DNA of 59,718 nucleotides from NCBI GenBank assembly GCA_040222015.1, contig JAVJWO010000095.1, positions 1 through 59,718 on the forward strand, given 5' to 3'. The notes under the pieces were generated by a model, which saw nothing but the letters and a program-made list of their open reading frames with translations, was not told where the DNA came from and ran no database searches. Source of the stretch: Coleofasciculus chthonoplastes F2-STO-03 (lineage in GTDB: Bacteria > Cyanobacteriota > Cyanobacteriia > Cyanobacteriales > Coleofasciculaceae). The position numbers and the translations under genes were made by a program. Below are positions 37,679-47,113 of this stretch, one piece after another (position 1 is the first letter of the stretch; every line of letters starts with the position of its first letter).

Positions 37679-40600
37679 TCAGTTTAAGCAAGCAGCAAGA
37701 CGTTCTGCTAAAACGCGCACATTCGGTTCCAGAATAAACGAATAATGATGTCCAGGAACCGGAATCACATCAATCTCCTTGGCGTCTAAAATAGCAAATA
37801 ACTCTACCCAAACCAACTGAGGATCAGGGGCGTGTAAATGCTTCTCCTGCGCCCGAAAAACAGTGACTTTTCCCGGATAAGGCTGGCGTTTATAGGCATA
37901 AGTGGCTTTTAATGTTCCCACCAATACATCCAAAATTCGCCGATTTTGTGCCGAATTCCCTTCAGTGGGAAACACGCCAACCTGTTGTGCTTTGGCGAGA
38001 ATGTAGTCGATTTGTTCGGGAACCGTTAATCCTTGTAATTCATCGGGGGACACTAAGTTATCTTGACCAAACATCCCCCCAAATACGCGGGAACAAACCC
38101 CTACTAAATAGTGATCATCAATTTTTTTGGCTTGATCCAATATAATCGGTACCCAAGAGTCTAAAATAGCTAGCCGACTGACTTCTTGACCCTGTTTTTG
38201 TAACTGTTGAGCAATCTCATACGCCACGATTCCACCAAATGACCAACCGCCAATTTGATAGGGTCCTTCGGGTTGTACCTCTCGGATGGCTTTGACATAG
38301 AGATGTGCCATATCTTCCACCCGCGTTAATGCTTCTTCCCCTTGATTAAACCCTTGGGCTTGTAACCCATAAAAGGGTTGGTCTGTACCGAGATAATCGG
38401 CTAATTTCAGATAACAAAGGACATTTCCGCCAGCAGGATGGACACAGAAAAATGGGGGTTTGCTTCCTTGAGTCTGAATCGGTACGATGGCAGAATAGGA
38501 CTGAACCTCTGCATGGCTAATCACAGTGGCTAATTCGGCAATCGTGGCACTCATAAACAGGGTGGTTAACGGCAAGGTTTGACCAAACTGTTGCTGGATT
38601 TTTCCCATTAATTTCAGGGCTAATAGGGAATGACCGCCCAATTCAAAGAAGTTATCGTTGATGCCGATTTGGTCGATATCCAGTAAGTCTAACCAAATTT
38701 TGGCTAATTGCTGTTCCAGATGATTCCGAGGGGCGATAAATGTGGTTTCGCCCCCAAAACTGGTGGGGTTAGGTGCAGGTAGGGCACGACGATTGACTTT
38801 ACCATTGGGGGTTAGCGGTAACGAGTCTAAGCTGACAAAAGCCGCCGGAATCATGTAGTCGGGGAGGCTTTCTTTGAGGAAGCTACGTAAGGTACGGGGA
38901 CTGGGTTTTTCCTGAGTAGATACGAAATAGGCGACTAACTGTTTTCCTCCCGATTTTTCGGTTCTGGCAATGACGACAGCTTCCCGGATTTGGGGATATT
39001 CAGTCAAGGCATTTTCAATTTCGCCGAGTTCGATGCGGAAGCCGCGAATTTTGACTTGATGGTCAATTCGACGTAGGTATTCTATTGTACCATCGGGACG
39101 ATAACGGGCTAAATCTCCGGTTTTATACAATTTTGACCCATGGTGTGTCTGTCGGGGTGGGTTTTGAAAGGGGTTGGCAATGAATTTTTCTTGGGTTAAT
39201 TCGGGACGATTCAAATAGCCTCTGGCGACTTGTACGCCGCCGATATGGATTTCACCGGGAACGCCAATAGGAACGGGGTGTAAATAGGGGTCAAGGATAT
39301 AAATTTGGGTATTGGCGACTGGACGCCCGATGGGAACAATGCTTGAATTACTATTGCGTTGACATTGCCAATAGGTGACATCAATGGCGGCTTCGGTGGG
39401 ACCATATAAGTTGTGAAGTTCGCAGTCTAATCGGGAAAAGAAACGGTTTTGCAAATCAAGGGGTAAGGCTTCACCACTGCAAATCACTCGCTTTAGGGAT
39501 TGACACCGATTGACTTCGGGTTCTTCTAGGAAAAGTTGCAGCATTGAGGGGACAAAGTGCAGTGTGGTAATCTGCTGCTGGGTGATTAGATTTACTAAAT
39601 ATCGACTATCTTGATGTCCGCCTGGTTTAGCTACCACTAAACTAGCCCCTGTCATTAATGTCCAGAAGAATTCCCAGACGGAAACATCGAAACTAAAGGG
39701 GGTTTTTTGGAGAACCGAATCTTCGGGTGTGAGGTGATAGGTTTGTTGCATCCATAGCAAACGGTTACAAATTCCCTGATGGGTGTTCATCGCCCCTTTG
39801 GGTTTACCGGTTGAACCGGAGGTATAAATCACGTAAGCTAGGTTTTCGGGTTGAATGGTGCTATCCGGATTATGGTTATTTTCTGCGGCAATATTGTCCC
39901 ATTGAGTATCTAGACAGATAATTTTAGCGGTGGATTTCGGTAAGTGTGGAACTAAGGGGTGTTGAGTGAGTAATACAGGCACCTGGGAATCTGCCAGCAT
40001 GTAGGTAATTCGGTCAACGGGATAACTCGGATCAATGGGAACATAAGCACCCCCGGCTTTGAGAATTGCTAAAAGTCCCACAACTATTTCTAGGGAACGT
40101 TCGACACAAATTCCGACTAAGGATTCGGGTTTGACGCCTAATTTTTGTAGGTAATGGGCGAGTTGATTGGCACGGCTATTTAATTGGCGATAGGTTAATT
40201 TTTGATTGTCAAAGATGACAGCAATAGCATCGGGCGTTTTCTCGACTTGGGCTTCAATTAAGTGGTGCAGACAGCGAGATAAATCATAGTCGGTTTGGGT
40301 GGCATTCCAATCCTGTAAAATATGCTGGTGTTCACTGTCACTCAGTACAGGTAACGAACCCACGGGTTGATTGGGGGTGGTGATAATTGCTGTTAGTAAG
40401 TTTTGGTAATGCTGGATAATCTGGGATATTGTATCAGCGTCGAATAAATCGCTGTTGTATTGCAGCGAAACCAGCAAGGAATCGGTTAATTGAATAATCT
40501 CTAGGCTGATGTCAAACTCGACGCTATTCTGGGGGAGTTGAAAGTAGCTGACTTCCAGTGTACCGCATCGAGTTAGCTGATTATTTGCTGTTGCCTCAAA

Positions 40601-41764
40601 GAGTTGAGAAGTTGTTGGCAATGACTGCCAATTCTGGAAGGTAAATGAGGCTTGGCAAATTGGGGAATGACTCAAGTTCGAGGCGGCGGGTAATTCTTTG
40701 ACTAATTGGGGAAAGGGATAGTCTTGATAATCTTTTGTTTCAGTCACCGTCTGATTTACTTGTCGGAGAACGTCGGTGAAGGTGTGATTGCCAGTAATCT
40801 CATCTCTGGTAACGGTTATGTTGCTGAAATCACCAATAGTTCTGGTAAATTCTGGTTGATTTCGGGGACTATTCAACATCCCGACTAAAATATCCGATTC
40901 GCCGGTATAGCGGTACAGTAATACTTTAAAGGCTGCCAGAAGAAGTGTATCCAGGGAGGCACCGGATTGCTGTGCTAGTTGGTTGAGGTTTTGGGTTATG
41001 TTGCGACCAAGTTTTAATTGAGACGCGGAACCGTTATAGGTGCGTAAGGGGGGACGAGTCGCACTTCCTGGTAAGTCTAATACAGGCAATTCTCCGGCTA
41101 GTTTGTTGTGCCAATAGGTTTTAAGGTGTTCGGATTGGGAAGGATTTAAATGATGGGTTGTTAGCTGTACCCAGTTTTGAATAGACTGATTCAGCTTACT
41201 TTTCATGGGATTGGGACCTCTCTCCAAACCTCTCTCCTGCAAGGAGAGAGGCTTTGAATTCTCTCCTTTAAACGGAATGGAATCGTTATAAATGGTTAAA
41301 ATTTCATCGATTAATATAAGTAAAGATTCTTCGTCACTGGCTATTTTATGAACCGTGATTAACAGAATATGGTCGGCTTGGGAACGACTCAATAGTCTAA
41401 CCCGTAATCCTGATTCCTGTTCTAATTTAAAGGGAACAGTTGCTATCTGTACCAAGGTTGTATTCAACTGCTGTTCACTTTGGTTTGAGACATCGATCGC
41501 GTCAAAATCAACCTTGCCTGTATCGCGGATTTCCTGAGTCAATTGACCCGCGCGATCGCAGAATGTACTCCGTAGGCTGGGATGACGGTCAATTAATTGT
41601 TGAAATGCCCTAACTATGGCGTCTACATTAACCAGAGATTGAATCCGTAAAGCGATGGATCGTTTATCATCAAGTCCCTGAGAGGCTAACTGATACAGAA
41701 ACCAATGTGTCTGCTGAATGGGGGATAGAGGAAAGGATTGAGTTTTGCTAAGTACTTGAGTCAT
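37679..41764 (-). CDS. mysE: MAA NRPS-like ligase, C*-A(Ser)-T-TE
   Basis: YTSGSTGKPKG; FDVSVWE and TLHFVPS (Ser-type code); GGHSL carrier site; GWSFG thioesterase; within the mys cluster. Confidence 0.85.
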   Translation of the reverse strand: MTQVLSKTQSFPLSPIQQTHWFLYQLASQGLDDKRSIALRIQSLVNVDAIVRAFQQLIDRHPSLRSTFCDRAGQLTQEIRDTGKVDFDAIDVSNQSEQQLNTTLVQIATVPFKLEQESGLRVRLLSRSQADHILLITVHKIASDEESLLILIDEILTIYNDSIPFKGENSKPLSLQERGLERGPNPMKSKLNQSIQNWVQLTTHHLNPSQSEHLKTYWHNKLAGELPVLDLPGSATRPPLRTYNGSASQLKLGRNITQNLNQLAQQSGASLDTLLLAAFKVLLYRYTGESDILVGMLNSPRNQPEFTRTIGDFSNITVTRDEITGNHTFTDVLRQVNQTVTETKDYQDYPFPQLVKELPAASNLSHSPICQASFTFQNWQSLPTTSQLFEATANNQLTRCGTLEVSYFQLPQNSVEFDISLEIIQLTDSLLVSLQYNSDLFDADTISQIIQHYQNLLTAIITTPNQPVGSLPVLSDSEHQHILQDWNATQTDYDLSRCLHHLIEAQVEKTPDAIAVIFDNQKLTYRQLNSRANQLAHYLQKLGVKPESLVGICVERSLEIVVGLLAILKAGGAYVPIDPSYPVDRITYMLADSQVPVLLTQHPLVPHLPKSTAKIICLDTQWDNIAAENNHNPDSTIQPENLAYVIYTSGSTGKPKGAMNTHQGICNRLLWMQQTYHLTPEDSVLQKTPFSFDVSVWEFFWTLMTGASLVVAKPGGHQDSRYLVNLITQQQITTLHFVPSMLQLFLEEPEVNRCQSLKRVICSGEALPLDLQNRFFSRLDCELHNLYGPTEAAIDVTYWQCQRNSNSSIVPIGRPVANTQIYILDPYLHPVPIGVPGEIHIGGVQVARGYLNRPELTQEKFIANPFQNPPRQTHHGSKLYKTGDLARYRPDGTIEYLRRIDHQVKIRGFRIELGEIENALTEYPQIREAVVIARTEKSGGKQLVAYFVSTQEKPSPRTLRSFLKESLPDYMIPAAFVSLDSLPLTPNGKVNRRALPAPNPTSFGGETTFIAPRNHLEQQLAKIWLDLLDIDQIGINDNFFELGGHSLLALKLMGKIQQQFGQTLPLTTLFMSATIAELATVISHAEVQSYSAIVPIQTQGSKPPFFCVHPAGGNVLCYLKLADYLGTDQPFYGLQAQGFNQGEEALTRVEDMAHLYVKAIREVQPEGPYQIGGWSFGGIVAYEIAQQLQKQGQEVSRLAILDSWVPIILDQAKKIDDHYLVGVCSRVFGGMFGQDNLVSPDELQGLTVPEQIDYILAKAQQVGVFPTEGNSAQNRRILDVLVGTLKATYAYKRQPYPGKVTVFRAQEKHLHAPDPQLVWVELFAILDAKEIDVIPVPGHHYSFILEPNVRVLAERLAACLN

Positions 41765-41829
41765 TTTTTTAGATTAACGAAAAAGAACAAAGACTAAAAA
41801 ACGATTGTTTAACGTTATTTTGACAATAG

Positions 41830-43230
41830 TTAACTACTTTCTTGGGCAATAAAAAACTGAGATACTAAATAAATAATACCTCCCGTCGCCATACCCGGAA
41901 GCACCTCGTAAATTATACCCGATAAATCCAGTCCCATCTTCCAGAACAACGCCGCCGCAATCCCCCCTACCATCATCGCGATCGCGGCTGGCGTGGTTAC
42001 CGACTTTTGCCAAGCCCGTACTATCAGCAGTGGTCCCAAACCTGAGGCTAGAATTGACCAAGAGAACGTAATCAAGGCAAAGACATTGTTGTCCCCACTT
42101 AAAGCAATACTTAAGATAATTAACGTTACTGTTAACGTCCCTAACTTGGCATACTTATACGAATGCGCCAATCCCGGAAACAGGTCTTGAGTTAACGCCG
42201 CTGAACAGGATAAAATCTGGGAATCAGCCGTCGATATTGTAGCAGCAAATAGTCCAGCTAACATCACTCCAACTAAGATGGCGGGCAATAATTCTAGGGC
42301 TAAATAGGGCAGTGCCAATTCTGGATCACCATTGGTTAATAAATTTGGCAAAAGCACTCGCGCCGCCATCCCCACACCCATCGCGGCAAAGGAGTTCACT
42401 AAACCAAAAATCACTTGAATATTCCGGGCAAACCCAATTTTATTGGCTGAATTAATTGCCATTGCCCGAACTAAAATGTGGGGTTGACCCACCACACCAA
42501 ATCCAGCGACAATCCAGCCAATTAAAAAGGGTAAAAGTCCCCACTCCAGATCCTGTGGACTTAAATTTACCAATCCTGGGTCAATGGCGGCAAGCTGTGT
42601 CCAGAATCCACTTAATCCGCCACAATTGGCAATCGCCACCACAAATAGTAGCACCAAGGAACCAATCATAATCGTGGCTTGCACTGTATCCGTCCAAATT
42701 GAAGCCCGAATCCCCCCAGAAAAACAGTAAATCACCACGACAATCGCGCCCACAATCACACCGACGGAATAGTTCCAATTAAACAACGCATGGAGTGCTT
42801 TGCCTCCTGCAACCAGTTGCGCCGCTGCATAAGAACCCAGAAACGCGATGGTAATTAAAGCCGAAATTGTAGTAATCCAGCGAATTTCTTTGGTTTCTTG
42901 ACCCAGGAAACTAGACACCGTATCGGCAGAAATTTCTTCAGAAACCTGTCTTAATCGTTTAAACACTAATCCCCAAGCGATATAATCTCCTATCGCCCAG
43001 CCAATGGTTAGCCAAATTGCCGATATTCCAATCTGATAAGCAAAGCCAACTTGACCGATAAATAGAAAGCCACTTTGACCCGTCGCCATCGCTGAAAAGG
43101 CAGTTAGCCAGGGATTAACATTACGGCTGGCAAGGAGGTAATCAGTTGTTGTATTTTGCTTTTTGGTTGCCGAATAAATGCCGACGCCGGTAAACAACAA
43201 AAGAAATACAATAAAGGTAGTTGCAATCAT
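41830..43230 (-). CDS. Sodium/proline (SSS family) symporter
   Basis: DYLLASR, WTDTVQ, GQPHIL and STADSQ motifs; multiple TM segments. Confidence 0.9.
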   Translation of the reverse strand: MIATTFIVFLLLFTGVGIYSATKKQNTTTDYLLASRNVNPWLTAFSAMATGQSGFLFIGQVGFAYQIGISAIWLTIGWAIGDYIAWGLVFKRLRQVSEEISADTVSSFLGQETKEIRWITTISALITIAFLGSYAAAQLVAGGKALHALFNWNYSVGVIVGAIVVVIYCFSGGIRASIWTDTVQATIMIGSLVLLFVVAIANCGGLSGFWTQLAAIDPGLVNLSPQDLEWGLLPFLIGWIVAGFGVVGQPHILVRAMAINSANKIGFARNIQVIFGLVNSFAAMGVGMAARVLLPNLLTNGDPELALPYLALELLPAILVGVMLAGLFAATISTADSQILSCSAALTQDLFPGLAHSYKYAKLGTLTVTLIILSIALSGDNNVFALITFSWSILASGLGPLLIVRAWQKSVTTPAAIAMMVGGIAAALFWKMGLDLSGIIYEVLPGMATGGIIYLVSQFFIAQESS

Positions 43231-43341
43231 TTTGATTAGTGATTGGTGATTGGTTTTGTCAGGGTGGGTTTGACGATTCTCACCCCGATGTAACTAAACC
43301 CGTGTCCCTGTAGAGACGTTGCATGCAACGTCTCTACAGGA

Positions 43342-44688
43342 TTAATCTCCCCCCAATTCCACTAACTTACCAATATTAAAATCAATCCTGATCCAGCCCT
43401 GCATCCGGCGCAAATTATCTAGCAACAATAAAGTAATTTGCCAATGGTGTACTATCAAAAACGGTAGTGGATCATTGACTTGAAAAATGGCATCTTTCCC
43501 GCCAAACACTGTCTGAAGCCAGCGCCGGATATCCCCAAACGAGCGAATCTCATTTAACCGCCAAATTTCGTGATATAACCAATAGGTTGACTTACTCTCC
43601 GGTAATGGCTGCAAGGGTTCAGGGAAAGGTGTTTCACCCAAATAGGCTTCCGCCACGCCGGGATGGTTATAAAACATGGTAATCGCCGAATGCGTGCGCG
43701 GATTACACTCGATCGCGTAAACCGTTCCATCCTCTGCCTTGATAAAATCAAAGGAGGCTTGTCCCGTCAAATTCAATCCCTGGACAAACCGACTCACCCA
43801 CTGCAAAATATCTGATTGATCAACATTTTCATAATTCACTTGAAACGCCGACGATTCACAGCAGCAGTGCAGTCGCAATTCCCCATTCCGTACCGTACTA
43901 TGTGTACAGTATTCCTTACCTGGAATAAACTCCTGCATAATCCAGGGTTTCTCCTCACTGATGGGTAAACTCTTGACAAATGCGGCAGTTTCTGCTGGAG
44001 TATCGCAGGGAAGTTTAGTTAAGTTTAAACGCCGCACCGAGTCGTAGGGAATGCTTTTCAGGATATATTTGCGTTTCTCTTGGGAAAAGTCAAAATCAAT
44101 CACCTGTTGCGGATCAGTAATTTTGAATGATTTGGGTACAGATAAGCCAAATTCTCGTGCTTTTTGGGCAAAGGCAAACTTATCATCCAGCATTTGGGTG
44201 ACATCTGGAGCAAAGTGGAATACTTCACAACACCCCGATAATACAGACTTAGCTAGAGAATCATAATAACTGGCGACGGGACTACAGACGGGAACATAAA
44301 CATCCACATTTTCCTGTTTCGCGATCGCGAGTAGCCCTTCCATGTAACCATCGGGATCTTTGTTGGGGGCGGGAACCGTATAAAACCGATCAACCGCCCG
44401 GGAAAATCGATGTCCCACTAACCAATATTTATGGGTTTCTATTAAAATAACCCGATGTCCATCGGCGTAAAATGACCGCGCCAGTTGCAAGGATTTGGTC
44501 ATTTTTCCCCCAGTCAGCATAATGGTTTTGGGATTAGGGTTAGCTACTTTGGGTTTCTGGAAGGGGCGAATGAGACTATCCCACACCAGCGCCACGACGA
44601 CAACCGTTAAATTAAATGGAAACGCGATCGCGAGTAAGGTTAATGTCCCCAGGTTTTGCAGTACGGCGAGAATAAGTGAGTTAGTCAT
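43342..44688 (-). CDS. mysC: Mycosporine-glycine synthase (ATP-grasp)
   Basis: GGKMTKSLQLAR, WIMQEFIPG, ECNPRTHSA and IDFNIGKLVE motifs. Confidence 0.93.
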   Translation of the reverse strand: MTNSLILAVLQNLGTLTLLAIAFPFNLTVVVVALVWDSLIRPFQKPKVANPNPKTIMLTGGKMTKSLQLARSFYADGHRVILIETHKYWLVGHRFSRAVDRFYTVPAPNKDPDGYMEGLLAIAKQENVDVYVPVCSPVASYYDSLAKSVLSGCCEVFHFAPDVTQMLDDKFAFAQKAREFGLSVPKSFKITDPQQVIDFDFSQEKRKYILKSIPYDSVRRLNLTKLPCDTPAETAAFVKSLPISEEKPWIMQEFIPGKEYCTHSTVRNGELRLHCCCESSAFQVNYENVDQSDILQWVSRFVQGLNLTGQASFDFIKAEDGTVYAIECNPRTHSAITMFYNHPGVAEAYLGETPFPEPLQPLPESKSTYWLYHEIWRLNEIRSFGDIRRWLQTVFGGKDAIFQVNDPLPFLIVHHWQITLLLLDNLRRMQGWIRIDFNIGKLVELGGD

Positions 44689-44831
44689 TTGTCAAGAGTA
44701 GGGGTTTGGTCACCAAACCCCATTTAATCAGGAAATTGAGGATTAAGTCGGGGCGGGTGTAGGGTGCGTTAGCGAAGCGTAACGCACCATTTCCAACGAT
44801 AATAGTGAAACCCGCCCCGACAGATGTCCGT

Positions 44832-45659
44832 TTAAACCCGCCGAATTAGGGTCAAACCGTCACGCAAGGGTAAGACAACCTGTTCCACCCTAGAATCATC
44901 GGTAACCACCTGATTAAATTTGGCGATCGCGTCTCCATTAGGGGTTCGTTCTTCTTCTGCTAAATAAACCTGTCCCTGGAATAAGGTATTATCGACACAA
45001 ATTAACCCGTCTGGTGCTAATAATTGGGTGTCTAGGAGCGTATGATAATAATCCACATACTCCTGCTTATCGGCATCAATAAATACCAAGTCAAACGACT
45101 CACCCGCTTTCGCTAATTGACGCAGTGTCTCCAAGGCTGGGGCGACTTTTACGGTAATTTTGTCACCATGAGGTGAAGCTTGAAAACAGGTTTGGGCAAA
45201 ACTTGCCACATACTCATCCACCTCACAAGCAATAACTGATCCATCTTCGGGTAATCCTTCCGCCATCGCCAAGGCGGAATAGCCTGTGAACATACCAATT
45301 TCCAGAACCCGTTTCGCCCCAGTCATCTTGACAAACATCTTCAAGGTTTGTCCTTCAACATGTCCAGATAACATCTCCTGTTCTAACTGGCGCACTGTCT
45401 CGCCATCACAGAAGAGTCTACTCCAGTCTTCGGTGCAAGTTTTCTCAACTAAGGCGGTTAAGGCGGGAGAATCTGGAGTTGTATTTTGATTCAGGTAGGG
45501 TTCAAGTTTAGCCGCGAGTTGATAGGCTTTTTGCAGAGAACTCGCCAGTTGCGGATGTTGCGCGGCGTCTACTAATTCCAGGGTTTGCTCAAGGTGTTCG
45601 ACGAGAATTCCCAGGGGAGTAACCGGACGCGCGATCGCTTCTTTTGTTACAGTTTGCAT
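44832..45659 (-). CDS. mysB: Demethyl-4-deoxygadusol O-methyltransferase
   Basis: ARPVTPLGIL, EMLSGHVEG, EIGMFTGYS and FIDADK motifs; start trimmed to MQTVT. Confidence 0.92.
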   Translation of the reverse strand: MQTVTKEAIARPVTPLGILVEHLEQTLELVDAAQHPQLASSLQKAYQLAAKLEPYLNQNTTPDSPALTALVEKTCTEDWSRLFCDGETVRQLEQEMLSGHVEGQTLKMFVKMTGAKRVLEIGMFTGYSALAMAEGLPEDGSVIACEVDEYVASFAQTCFQASPHGDKITVKVAPALETLRQLAKAGESFDLVFIDADKQEYVDYYHTLLDTQLLAPDGLICVDNTLFQGQVYLAEEERTPNGDAIAKFNQVVTDDSRVEQVVLPLRDGLTLIRRV

Positions 45660-45751
45660 GATTTGTTTCCTTAATGGTGTGGCAATTTGTACCAGACGTT
45701 GCATTGTAGAGACGCGCCATGGCGCGTCTCTACATGGGGGGGTAGATAGAA

Positions 45752-47113
45752 TTATTCCAAACCCAAATCCTTGAGATACATCTCGACACCAGCACCACCA
45801 TCGGGTAAGGTTGCACAAACGGCTTTATGATCCGCTACCGCCGCTTCCAGTACATCTGGGGGGACTTCTTTGGCATAATCACAAGCACCGATACCACAGG
45901 GTAGAGGTGCCCACAGTCCGCCCTCTCCCCGCTTGCGCCGCATATTTTGCTGACCCGCAATCATCAAATCAATGTCTTCTAAGATAGGGTGATAGGCGGT
46001 TAACCCCAGAGAACGAATCAGTGCGATAATGCGATCGCGTTCTGTGGGTTGCAACCAACCTAATTTCGTCGCTAAACTGGCGCCATACGCCATTCCTACC
46101 GCTACCGCATGACCATGCATTAACTTAGCGGCGGGTTCATAACGGGGACTCCAGGTGTGTCCATAAGCATGGGGTCGATCCTGATACGTCTCGAACATAT
46201 TTGTCCCCTCATATTTCATATACGAGAACAATGCCCGATAAATCACCTCATCTGCAACCTTAGCTAACTCCTGATCATCTCCTAACGTCGCGAAGTGAGT
46301 TTCAACTAAGCGCGGACCATAGTCTTCCAGCAGTTCAAACAAAACTTTGTCATCCGTCACCGCCATCTTAATAATTTCCGCCATCCCATTGCGGATATGA
46401 CCCTTGGCGAGGGTGCGGAAAAAAGTGCGATCGACTAAGGTTAGCACGGGCGGATGATACGCCCCGATACTATTCTTAAATTGTTTGCCATTGGTACAGG
46501 TACGCGGACTCGGACCGGCATCAATCGCCGCTACAACAGTCGTACCCACCATAATATAAGGTGTGCGGCGGTGTTGTAAGGCACAGGCTAATCCCGCCAC
46601 ATCACTGAGAACCCCCCCACCAATCACCAATACAGGTTCATTGCGAGAGACATCACAGCCGTCTTTTCCTAAGAATTCCAGCAGGCGATGAACCGTTTCC
46701 GGGGTTTTATCGGCTTCCCAAGCGCGACAGACATTCATCTGCAGGGGGATTTCGTGGGTGTCAAAATACTGACGCACCGATTCCCCGTACAAACTATCGA
46801 CGGTTTGGTCGATGATGGCGACACAGCGACCCCGACTATTATAGATTTCCGCTAGGGTTGGGTTAGAGGGGTCGAAAATGCCCTGAATGAGTTTGACTTG
46901 AGCTTTTAGGGTAAAGGTTGCCGTGACTTCAAACGAGCGACTATCATTCCCCGGAACGATTTCTCCAGAGCCGGTGTACCACTCCGAGGTGCGATACTTA
47001 GCTCCATGTTCGACTCCAATATTGTTGGTGTCTCTGCTTGGTAATGAGTCAATTACATCTTCCCGGATTGTCTCCGTTAATCCGGCTTGAGGAAAGGTTG
47101 TTTGTGGTGTCAT
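45752..47113 (-). CDS. mysA: Sedoheptulose-7-phosphate cyclase (demethyl-4-deoxygadusol synthase), divergent type
   Basis: [29 protein letters not shown] and HGHAV motifs. Confidence 0.9.
   Translation of the reverse strand: [453 protein letters not shown]

Noticed and set aside
45660..45818. Long N-terminus of MysB (likewise DUF192 32355-32441 and CofG 4371-4481)
   Set aside because: Upstream in-frame extensions without family similarity; those of MysB and DUF192 run through REP palindromes (RDAPWRVST/DVPWHVST).
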